A stretch of 42,020 nucleotides of DNA, from the IMG/VR virus record IMGVR_UViG_3300036852_000372, positions 1-42,020 of that record, one strand, 5' to 3'. The stretch's first letter is position 1. The number at the start of each line of letters is the position of its first letter. The notes below the pieces were generated by a model. That model worked only from the letters and a program-made list of their open reading frames with translations. It was not told the DNA's origin and did no database searches. Origin of the DNA: a virus. This document shows positions 7,263-14,507 of this stretch, in pieces. A program made the translations under genes and the position numbers.

Positions 7263-7655
7263 TCAATTCGCCTTGGCAGGTTCCGCAGCCGCCGGAGCAG
7301 GGACAGCGATCAGGGCGACGGTGCCGTCCTGAATGAAAAATCGCAGCCAGCCACGCGGGGGATCCTTCTCGCCCGCCGCCTTCTGCGAATCACTCCATTC
7401 CTTCACGCTCTTGCCTGCAAGAGCGACGACGGAGTCGTACCACTTCTTGCGCGCACCGCGATACTTGTTTTCCTTGCCCGTGAGCGAGATGAGGCTCGTC
7501 TCGGCGTAGCCGTAGTTCTGGCGCGGCGCACGCTCTTTCTTGGGGGCATTCGGGTCAGCGGGGGCCTTTTCAACCTTGGGGGCCTTCGGAGCCTTCGCTT
7601 CTTTCTTGCCATTGGTCTTGCCCGGGGGCGTCAGATCGAGAGATTCAGCAGTCAT
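7263..7655 (-). CDS. Lys/Ala/Pro-rich protein with a conserved C-terminal domain; paralogue of 18336..18689
   Basis: RBS AGGAG. The N-terminus is KKEAKAPKAPKVEKAPADPNAPKK. The C-terminal YRGARKKWYDSVVALAGKSVKEW...PPRGWLRFFIQDGTV aligns with LRGARASWYAVLLQYNGKPVAEF...KPTGWLGWFTRTGV. Confidence 0.7.
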   Translation of the reverse strand: MTAESLDLTPPGKTNGKKEAKAPKAPKVEKAPADPNAPKKERAPRQNYGYAETSLISLTGKENKYRGARKKWYDSVVALAGKSVKEWSDSQKAAGEKDPPRGWLRFFIQDGTVALIAVPAPAAAEPAKAN

Positions 7656-7712
7656 TTTCTTTCTCCTAAGGGGATTATTCCCCGCTATTGTGACTATACC
7701 AGGACCGGTCAG

Positions 7713-7979
7713 CTAATGCAAGCCCCCAAATGCAACGAGTAACACATCATTGGTCTCTGGATTTACAAGTCCTATTTTCGTTTTCCTGGGGATATCCGCG
7801 AAAAATTTGCTGGGTTCCTCCTCTATTTCGATTTCATTCCCCATCTTGTGGCCGGGCATCAGCGCATGGAGTAAGATTTCGCCTAGAATTGATTGAGATC
7901 GTGCTAAGATACGTCCGCCCTCGTCTGCCCAGATCATGATATCAAAGCCCCTACTTTGTTCAGCGGTGGGCTTGGTCAT
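7713..7979 (-). CDS. Hypothetical protein (88 aa)
   Basis: ORF in the operon orientation directly downstream of SNF2. No clear SD sequence. Confidence 0.55.
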   Translation of the reverse strand: MTKPTAEQSRGFDIMIWADEGGRILARSQSILGEILLHALMPGHKMGNEIEIEEEPSKFFADIPRKTKIGLVNPETNDVLLVAFGGLH

Positions 7980-7994
7980 ATTGTAGGCATTATA

Positions 7995-9431
7995 CTACGC
8001 CTCGGGGTTATTGTTAAAGTCATTAATCGCCATCAGGAGGTCTTGCTGAAGTCGATCTTTAGACGACAAGACTTTGACAACTTTTTCGTCGTAAGTATCC
8101 TTTGCAACGAGATGATAGACGACCACGTGATCACTCTTTTGCCCCTGCCGGTAGACTCGCGCAATCGCTTGGTCATAATGCTCTAAGTTCCAGGTTATGC
8201 CGTACCAGATTATATGATGACAACTTCCCTGAAGATTGAGACCGTGGCCCATAGAAGCAGGATGCCCCATGAGCACAGGAATCCTCCCGCTATTAAAAGC
8301 GTCAATCGTACTAGCCAAACGGGCTCCTGTCTGCCCTTTAAGATCGATAATAGACCTAAAGCGATCGGCGATACGCTGACGATCGTGATCAAACTCATAA
8401 AGAACCAAGACGGGATGTCCATTTAGTTCCTCCAGAAGCCCTTCCAGGGCTTCAAGCTTTTCATCGTGAAGAGCTACCCATGCTGTGTCTTCTTTGTAGA
8501 CGGCCCCGTTTGCCACCTGACGGCACTTCCCGCTCGCTACGGCTGAGTTTGCCGCTACGATCTCTCCGTCTTTTATCTTGCAGATAAACTCTTCCTGGAG
8601 GGACTTGTACATCGTCATTACGGAAGGAGGCAAAGACACTGAAATCGTCCGGTAGTCTAGCGCGGGCATTCGCAGATATTCTTCTGCTGACAACTGGAGT
8701 AAAAGTGGGGAGATTCGTTCTACGATTCTTGGGAATGCGTCCTTCTGTGGAGTCCAATCGTACAGATTTCGGCCTTGCACGAAGAACTCTCTGCGATAGT
8801 GTGTAATGAAACGACCTAAGGATCTCCCTAAGTCCAGGATGAACATCTGCCCAAAGAGATCTAATAATCCGTTTGGTGCTGGAGTACCCGTGAGAATCCA
8901 ACGTCTCTTGAAGCAAGGAAGAAATGGCTTCAACAGCTTGAATCTCTGCGTCTGTGAATCTTTGAATTTTGAGCTTTCGTCGATTATGAGGACGTCGTAC
9001 GGATTCCCGTGAGTCGTCATATGTGTGATTAACCACTTCAACCCCTCCGGATTTATAAGATGGATCTGTGCATCACTCGCAAGCGTTGCTTCCTTCTGAC
9101 CCCCGTGGAGAATCCCGTAGGTCATCTCCTTGAACTCTTCCCACTTCTGGATTTCCCCCGGCCAAACGGAGTACATTGGTCTTAAAGGTGCTACGATCAG
9201 ACATTTCCGAATTAAAGATTTTTGGAACAGTATTTTCAGTGCTGCCAGACAAATTGACGTCTTCCCCAGACCCGGGTCCAAGAACAGACCCGCTGCGGCT
9301 TGGGAAAGTAGCAACCGAATCGCTCGGGTCTGGTAGTCGTGCGGGTTCCACAGCGGCTTTGAGGATGTTGATTCCTTCAACGGTGTTATCTGTCCAGGCT
9401 GCTGGGATGCCTCGTTTTCTAAGCTGGTCAA
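7995..9431 (-). CDS. SNF2/Rad54-family helicase
   Basis: PHDYQTRAI (Q motif), LDPGLGKT (motif I), LIIDESSKFK (DExx, motif II), ILTGTP (III), and a C-terminal HPASMGHGLNLQ...QAIARVYRQGQ (V/VI). TTG start at 9431 with AGGAG 7 nt upstream. Confidence 0.9.
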   Translation of the reverse strand: MTSLENEASQQPGQITPLKESTSSKPLWNPHDYQTRAIRLLLSQAAAGLFLDPGLGKTSICLAALKILFQKSLIRKCLIVAPLRPMYSVWPGEIQKWEEFKEMTYGILHGGQKEATLASDAQIHLINPEGLKWLITHMTTHGNPYDVLIIDESSKFKDSQTQRFKLLKPFLPCFKRRWILTGTPAPNGLLDLFGQMFILDLGRSLGRFITHYRREFFVQGRNLYDWTPQKDAFPRIVERISPLLLQLSAEEYLRMPALDYRTISVSLPPSVMTMYKSLQEEFICKIKDGEIVAANSAVASGKCRQVANGAVYKEDTAWVALHDEKLEALEGLLEELNGHPVLVLYEFDHDRQRIADRFRSIIDLKGQTGARLASTIDAFNSGRIPVLMGHPASMGHGLNLQGSCHHIIWYGITWNLEHYDQAIARVYRQGQKSDHVVVYHLVAKDTYDEKVVKVLSSKDRLQQDLLMAINDFNNNPEA

Positions 9432-9624
9432 GACGAAACTCCTGTAGAGGATCGGGCTTATATCCCGGTCGTTTGAACTCTATGAAAATGGTGTGGCCGA
9501 TAGGACTTATGAATAGTCGGTCGGGCCAACCTGCTTCGGAGAACTTAACCTTCGGGGCTAGGAAGCCGTGCTTCAACGCCCAATTCACCACCACTTGCTC
9601 TATATCTTTCTCTAAACCGCTCAT
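9073..9624 (-). CDS. VRR-NUC domain nuclease whose frame stays open about 95 codons past the domain
   Basis: MSGLEKDIEQVVVNWALKHGF...GWPDRLFISPIGHTIFIEFKRPG...LQEFRLDQLRKRG is the VRR-NUC pattern (E...PD...E.K...Q). RBS GGAGA. The stop comes only at 9073, 359 nt inside SNF2. Confidence 0.75.
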   Translation of the reverse strand: MSGLEKDIEQVVVNWALKHGFLAPKVKFSEAGWPDRLFISPIGHTIFIEFKRPGYKPDPLQEFRLDQLRKRGIPAAWTDNTVEGINILKAAVEPARLPDPSDSVATFPSRSGSVLGPGSGEDVNLSGSTENTVPKIFNSEMSDRSTFKTNVLRLAGGNPEVGRVQGDDLRDSPRGSEGSNACE

Positions 9625-9745
9625 CTTCTGTCTCCAGGTATTTGATGGCACGATCTAAGATCGCATTTACTTCCCACGACTTCGGTACTCTAGCTCCTGT
9701 GTAGATGCTAGCCCTTAGAGCTTTAAGCTCGTCTAAAACTTGCAT
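9545..9745 (-). CDS. Hypothetical protein (66 aa)
   Basis: ATG 9745 (MQVLDELKALRA...). It overlaps the VRR-NUC start by 80 nt. Confidence 0.45.
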   Translation of the reverse strand: MQVLDELKALRASIYTGARVPKSWEVNAILDRAIKYLETEDERFRERYRASGGELGVEARLPSPEG

Positions 9746-10377
9746 GGTCCACCATTCATTCGTGAAAAAGAACAATAACGGCACATGAAATTAGGATTCG
9801 GAAGCCACTCCGTTTCCTGTTCCAGCTTTAGAACTCTGGAATTCCACGAAGCCCGCAATTCGTGCAACTGCTGACGATCATACGTCTTTTCTCGATTCTT
9901 TCCAAGGTCAAGGTATACGTGGATCGCCCGCACCCTCTGCACAGTAGGGGATTCGGAAAATGCTGCGAGACTGTATAGGGACTTTTGATCGTCGTGCTCA
10001 GGGTAGATCTTGCCAGTCTTCCAATCAATAATGGTGATTTCTTCCCCTGTTCCACAGACTTTGAGATCGAAAATTCCTCTATACCAGCATAGATCTCCAT
10101 CCCATTCTGTAACTTCCCAATCACGCGTGAGGGCGACTTTGTGTTCAGGATAGATTTCCCGGCCTTTGAGCTGCGTGAGGTACTGCGTATAGAAGTTGAT
10201 TTCATTGGGTAACTCTGTGATAGTTCCTTTAAGGAATGATTCAATCGTTGCATGCAGCTCAGTTCCTCTGGCAGCAGCGTCCGATTTAAAGTTGACAGGT
10301 AGACGTTCAATATGTCGGTACTTATATTGAGCAGGGCACTTTTCGTAGGATGATAACGCACTTAATGACCACCTCAT
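9733..10377 (-). CDS. Cas4/RecB-like PD-(D/E)XK exonuclease with a 4-Cys cluster
   Basis: YEKCPAQYKY gives the N-terminal Cys. The nuclease core is GIFDLKV...IIDWKTGK. The C-terminal Cys triad is CRYCSF...GGPC. ATGA overlap with the polymerase stop. Confidence 0.8.
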   Translation of the reverse strand: MRWSLSALSSYEKCPAQYKYRHIERLPVNFKSDAAARGTELHATIESFLKGTITELPNEINFYTQYLTQLKGREIYPEHKVALTRDWEVTEWDGDLCWYRGIFDLKVCGTGEEITIIDWKTGKIYPEHDDQKSLYSLAAFSESPTVQRVRAIHVYLDLGKNREKTYDRQQLHELRASWNSRVLKLEQETEWLPNPNFMCRYCSFSRMNGGPCKF

Positions 10378-12236
10378 TCGCAGGACTCCAATTCGCACCA
10401 ATTAGGGCCGACAAACCCTTCGCTGAGCATTGGTACGTCAAAGCGGTCGGCATTCATACACTCTTTGAGGAATTTCATTTCCTCTTTCCAACACTCCTGT
10501 GGCGCGCTAATATTGATCTCATCATGGACTGTGGCGAGAAAGATAGTTGTTCGAGAGGTGTCGCGATCGCTATACCATTGACAGAGACTTTCCTTAGTTT
10601 GGTCCGCTGCGGACCCTTGGATAAGGTAATTGAGGAGTTTATACGAGAAATCCCAAACTCTTCCGTCCACCTCTTTACTAGGCTCTGCAAAGTAGACTCT
10701 ACCGCCCCACGTACGAATGGGTTGTCCGGACTTACCTCTACGCTGAACGTCACGCATAAGGTCGCGGATTCCGGGCATTGCCGCGAGGTACGCTTCCTTG
10801 ATTTCGTACGCTTCGTGATATGGGCGGTGTAATTGACCGGATAAGCCGTTAACGCCGGATCCATAGATGATGGAGAAGCCGGTGATTTTGATGTCTTTTC
10901 TCGCATACAGTACTCCTACGATACCGAAGGCGATCTGCCTCGCCATCTCGTGGGGGTCTAGAGAAGGATCAGCCCGGTAGGCCTCACACAAAGATCCATC
11001 TTCGAAATGAGCAAGGATACGGATTTCCTGAGAGCTGAAATCTCTCTTAAGCCAGACATGTCCTGGCTCAGGAAGACAGTATACTCGGAGCTGAGGGAGT
11101 GGATGTAACCCCTCGGGAACAGGTAGCGGCTGTCCAGTAAGATCAGTGAATTGGGTGGGGACGTTCTGGAAATTAGGACTGTCGCTGGAAAGGCGGCCAG
11201 TTTGAGTTCCCTTCTTATCCTTGAAGCTATCACCTCGCATCTGCTTGACTTGATTCCAGTTGGGATGTAGACGTCCGTCATATTTACTAAACTCCAGCCA
11301 CGGTCGCATGAATGTCTGTAGACAAGTGGAAAGACCGCTGCGGTAATCCATCAAGATCTTGACATCCGGCATCGTAATCTTGAGGTTTTCCTTAGACATA
11401 GACCGCTTTCCGGTCTTCGTTAGTGTCCAGTCAACGACTGCACCAGATTTCTCAAGCCCATCAGCCAAAGACTCATCACTATCAAGTGCAGGAACAGATA
11501 TACCGAGACGACCCGCAAGACGTTCTTCAGCGATCGAGAGGCATTTAGTGTAGACGTTGGTGTGATGATCAAGGGTATCGCGATCAACGCGAATACCGCG
11601 ACAGGTCCCACCATAAACCAGAGGAAACAAACGTCGCTCACGGTCATAGGCAGCCTCCATTCCCTCGTTTACGATCTTGGCATGAAGAAGATCAAAGAGA
11701 TGACGTGTCCTAACCACATCCCCAATTGCATAACGACTAACCAGTTCAACAGGGGCCTTTGAGATGTAAGCTCCAGCAGTCTTCTTAGTCGCTCCTGCAA
11801 TATTCGCCAGAACCCAATTGGTGACGTCTGACTGTTCGTCAGGAGCCATGCCAAGGTAACGATCAGCACTAGGTTTGAGGCTAAGAGTAGGAGCGTATGG
11901 ATCTGCCAAGAAGAGGAGATACATGGTATCATGGATTCTGCTCCAATAGTCCTTACCAATCATTTCAAAGCGATGCCTGATGAACCATCTATTCCAGACA
12001 CTGAGATCAAACCCAGCGTTGTGGAATAGAAGTGGGCGACCGCTTTGTGCGAGTTTTCCTAGGTACTCGCCAACCGTTGATTCGTCATGGGTGTTGCCCG
12101 TCGGGTGCCCCCATGCGAGATATTGAGGCTCTTGTCCTGGAATCCATATTGCAACCCCGACAGGTTTCGGAGGGTTGACAATAGGGTTCCCGACGATAGC
12201 TTCTGTTTCGAAGTCAATCGTAATAGGATCGTGCAT
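10374..12236 (-). CDS. Family A DNA polymerase with 3'-5' exonuclease domain
   Basis: ExoI is ITIDFETEA. Motif A is LKRDFSSQEIRILAH. Motif B region is ...ITGFSIIYGSG. Motif C is ATVHDEI. RBS AAGGGG. Confidence 0.95.
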   Translation of the reverse strand: MHDPITIDFETEAIVGNPIVNPPKPVGVAIWIPGQEPQYLAWGHPTGNTHDESTVGEYLGKLAQSGRPLLFHNAGFDLSVWNRWFIRHRFEMIGKDYWSRIHDTMYLLFLADPYAPTLSLKPSADRYLGMAPDEQSDVTNWVLANIAGATKKTAGAYISKAPVELVSRYAIGDVVRTRHLFDLLHAKIVNEGMEAAYDRERRLFPLVYGGTCRGIRVDRDTLDHHTNVYTKCLSIAEERLAGRLGISVPALDSDESLADGLEKSGAVVDWTLTKTGKRSMSKENLKITMPDVKILMDYRSGLSTCLQTFMRPWLEFSKYDGRLHPNWNQVKQMRGDSFKDKKGTQTGRLSSDSPNFQNVPTQFTDLTGQPLPVPEGLHPLPQLRVYCLPEPGHVWLKRDFSSQEIRILAHFEDGSLCEAYRADPSLDPHEMARQIAFGIVGVLYARKDIKITGFSIIYGSGVNGLSGQLHRPYHEAYEIKEAYLAAMPGIRDLMRDVQRRGKSGQPIRTWGGRVYFAEPSKEVDGRVWDFSYKLLNYLIQGSAADQTKESLCQWYSDRDTSRTTIFLATVHDEINISAPQECWKEEMKFLKECMNADRFDVPMLSEGFVGPNWCELESCE

Positions 12237-12300
12237 TTTATCCCCTTAGTTATGGCGGCAGACGATTTTATGCCACGCGGTCTGCCAGCGCGAGTGATCT

Positions 12301-13047
12301 TCAATACTTGCGATTCTTGGTTGTGTCGGCAGACTCACCGGGATAGGAACCTTCAATGTTCCCGCTGTTGTCGTACGGGGCCAGCAAGATGTCCTGGATT
12401 GCCGGGATCCGCTTGTGGAGATCCGTCAGCATATCATCGTTGATCATGCCTATCGTCTTGAAGCGGATTTGGAACTGCGTCTTCGGATCCGGCTCCGTGT
12501 ACACTTCCGTAATCAGAGCCCACGGGGGCCTCGCATACTCCGCAGAACACTGGTTCACGTAATTCGCCCAATTCTTGGCCGAGGTGACCGGGACAGACAG
12601 TAAGGCTACCTCTGCTGTTTTGGCATTCCCGTCTTTTACAGAACCAGACGGGATGAGTGCAAGCCTGCGGACTGATTTGCATGCCTTCCCCTTTGATCCT
12701 TCGCCTGCGCTGCCCCACTGGAAATTGGGGCAAGAATCACAGGCCTCCGCAACCGGAGTTTTGACATGGTCCGGAATTGGAGCCATGTTTTCTCCATCAA
12801 GAGATAGAGCCCAGCACGTCGGATTTTCGCGCTTGTTGGGGTCAAACTTCCCCTTGTAGAATCGATTCTCAAACGCAGATGCGACTACGATGCATGCGAG
12901 TTTGTTGCCCGGGATCGGCTGATCCTGGTACTTTAAGAAGCCTCCCCTTGTTGAAATCTGGCTCAGTGCAGGACGCTCTAGAGCCGCTACGTCCTTTGCC
13001 TCTTTGGCAAGGACTTCATCCCATCGAGTCACAGCATTTTCCGTCAT
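12301..13047 (-). CDS. Conserved replication-module protein; candidate ssDNA-binding/annealing protein with a Cys-rich motif
   Basis: ACDSCPNFQWGSAGEGSKGKACKSVRRLA is a zinc-ribbon-like motif. The gene sits next to the polymerase, and RBS AGGAGC is present. The functional call is tentative. Confidence 0.5.
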   Translation of the reverse strand: MTENAVTRWDEVLAKEAKDVAALERPALSQISTRGGFLKYQDQPIPGNKLACIVVASAFENRFYKGKFDPNKRENPTCWALSLDGENMAPIPDHVKTPVAEACDSCPNFQWGSAGEGSKGKACKSVRRLALIPSGSVKDGNAKTAEVALLSVPVTSAKNWANYVNQCSAEYARPPWALITEVYTEPDPKTQFQIRFKTIGMINDDMLTDLHKRIPAIQDILLAPYDNSGNIEGSYPGESADTTKNRKY

Positions 13048-13109
13048 ATTAGCTCCTAGCTCTTAGTTGGACTACGACGCGTAGTCCGGAAATTGAGCGG
13101 ATAGGATAA

Positions 13110-13135
13110 CAAAAAGGGCCTGCGAGCGCAAGCCC
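13110..13135 (-). terminator. Rho-independent terminator (leftward; A-run/T-run on both sides)
   Basis: GGGCCTGCG/CGCAAGCCC stem with one mismatch, followed on the minus strand by TTTTT. Confidence 0.6.
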
Positions 13136-13158
13136 TCTTTGCTCGGCACTAGCCGATC

Positions 13159-13488
13159 TTACTCATCGTTGGCAAGGGTTTCGATAAGGCGACGGAAAGC
13201 AGCAGCCTCCAGCTCGTGCTCTTCGAATTCCTGGATGCCGGGCCACGGCGTCTTGGTGGATGCTTCCCAGGCAGCCTTGAGCTTGTCCTGCGCCGACTCG
13301 ATGGCGGCCTTGATCTGTTCATCGGACACGCCGGCGACCAACGCTTTGTACACGTGATCGTGGAAGTTGCGTGGAGAATTCGCGGCAGCGTCCTGTTGGA
13401 GCTGTTGCGAGAGACCAGCGCCGCTGGCTTCCGTATTGGCGGCCATGAGCATCGCAACTCCAGCCATCAGATTCATCGTGCTTTTCAT
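13159..13488 (-). CDS. Small secreted/periplasmic protein (109 aa)
   Basis: ATG 13488 with AAGAGG upstream. The N-terminus MKSTMNLMAGVAMLMAANTEA looks like a signal peptide. Confidence 0.6.
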   Translation of the reverse strand: MKSTMNLMAGVAMLMAANTEASGAGLSQQLQQDAAANSPRNFHDHVYKALVAGVSDEQIKAAIESAQDKLKAAWEASTKTPWPGIQEFEEHELEAAAFRRLIETLANDE

Positions 13489-13498
13489 TGTATACCTC

Positions 13499-13744
13499 TT
13501 ACAGTTTGTAGAACGGATTATCCTCAACATGCCTCTTGTGCTGGCAGACCTTGTGGTATGCCCTCACAAGTATTTCGTGGTAGTGATGCCCTCCGCTGGT
13601 TTCACGCATAGTGTATGTGGCGAACAAATATAGATAAACGAAATTGCCGTGGTAGATAATCAGCCACACACAGATACTGATTTCCCCACCAGTCAAGATC
13701 AGAGCAAGCCAACACTGAACTAATTCTTTCTTCGTTGTAAGCAT
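13499..13744 (-). CDS. Hypothetical membrane protein (81 aa, two hydrophobic segments)
   Basis: VQCWLALILTGG and ISICVWLIIYHGNFVYLYLF. It competes with alternative-frame ORF 13602..13802, which has an ATGA coupling. Confidence 0.45.
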   Translation of the reverse strand: MLTTKKELVQCWLALILTGGEISICVWLIIYHGNFVYLYLFATYTMRETSGGHHYHEILVRAYHKVCQHKRHVEDNPFYKL

Positions 13745-13798
13745 GACCAGTGCTCAAGTGAAGTTGGGGGCGGACAGTATAGTCCGCCCCCGTGGGCG

Positions 13799-14161
13799 TC
13801 ATACTGCCGCCGCCACCGCCCGACGTGCATCGGCTTCTTCCAGATCCAGGGCATCCAAAAAGTCAGCCAGCACCTTATCGCGCAATTCAGGTGTACGGTG
13901 GGAGAGGGTCAGCATGATCTGCCCCGCACGCTTCTCACCGAACACCGCCCCCATCAACTCCGGGCTGAAGCACAGAGTGTCCGCGCTGGGGATCTCATTA
14001 GGCTCCTCATCGGGCACCAAATACACGATGTGGTGTGCAACCAGAACTTCCACATCATCACGCTTCAGCGCCTTGCGGATAAAACGCTCAAACGTCTTGT
14101 GACCATCGTGGTTGCGCTGGTTCTCGGACACCAGAAAGTCCTTAAACTTCGGGTTTGCCAT
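13799..14161 (-). CDS. Hypothetical protein (120 aa), first sizeable gene of the leftward operon
   Basis: ATG 14161 (MANPKFKDFL...) with AAGGAGG upstream. The track start at 14215 lacks an RBS. Confidence 0.65.
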   Translation of the reverse strand: MANPKFKDFLVSENQRNHDGHKTFERFIRKALKRDDVEVLVAHHIVYLVPDEEPNEIPSADTLCFSPELMGAVFGEKRAGQIMLTLSHRTPELRDKVLADFLDALDLEEADARRAVAAAV

Positions 14162-14163
14162 CG

Positions 14164-14283
14164 CTAATTGCCTCCTTTGTTGAATATTTGCCACCAGAAT
14201 TCTCGCAAACTCCACCAGAAGCGCTGGAAATATGTGGCTTGAGCCAGATAGTCTTCATATTCTTGTTGGCTTTCGTCGCCCAT
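14164..14283 (-). CDS. Possible 39-aa Trp-rich leader ORF (MGDESQQEYEDYLAQATYFQRFWWSLREFWWQIFNKGGN)
   Basis: Hand-translated. GGGGAG lies 8 nt upstream of ATG 14283, and the TAG stop lies 2 nt before ATG 14161. Confidence 0.25.
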   Translation of the reverse strand: MGDESQQEYEDYLAQATYFQRFWWSLREFWWQIFNKGGN

Positions 14284-14390
14284 TGCAGTAACTCCCCAGC
14301 CTGTAAGCCTAGGCCTACATAATAAGGTATGAAGGTATTATCTGCTAGGGGCGGATTGCAGATCTATTACGAGTGGCGCACAATAGCTGC

Positions 14391-14439
14391 CCGGTGAAGG
14401 GGCCCGATGGTGTTCATACCCATCGGGCCCCTTCACCGG
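14391..14439. repeat. Perfect inverted repeat, 20-bp arms with a 9-nt spacer, in the divergent control region
   Basis: CCGGTGAAGGGGCCCGATGG-tgttcatac-CCATCGGGCCCCTTCACCGG. There is no flanking T-run on either strand. Confidence 0.9.
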
Positions 14440-14507
14440 ACAATCCCGTAACAGCGGCCCGGTTGCAGCTAGTATAGCCGGACGCAACAGAATTACAAGG
14501 CTGAAAT

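Noticed and set aside
6960-7742. 260-aa plus-strand ORF
   Set aside because: It is antisense to three well-supported leftward genes and spans an intergenic hairpin. Its sequence is Arg/Leu/Ser-rich and looks off-frame.
8461-9036. 191-aa minus-strand ORF inside the SNF2 gene
   Set aside because: It is an alternative frame of a gene whose helicase motifs are unambiguous. Its product is Arg/Ser-rich with no start context.
9828-10361. 177-aa minus-strand ORF inside the Cas4-like nuclease gene
   Set aside because: It is an alternative frame. The annotated frame carries the PD-(D/E)XK and Cys-cluster motifs.
13602-13802. 66-aa minus-strand ORF with ATGA coupling to 13799..14161
   Set aside because: It is not fully rejected. 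It competes with 13499..13744, which I preferred because it has hydrophobic helices and it reaches the next gene. Only one of the two is likely real.
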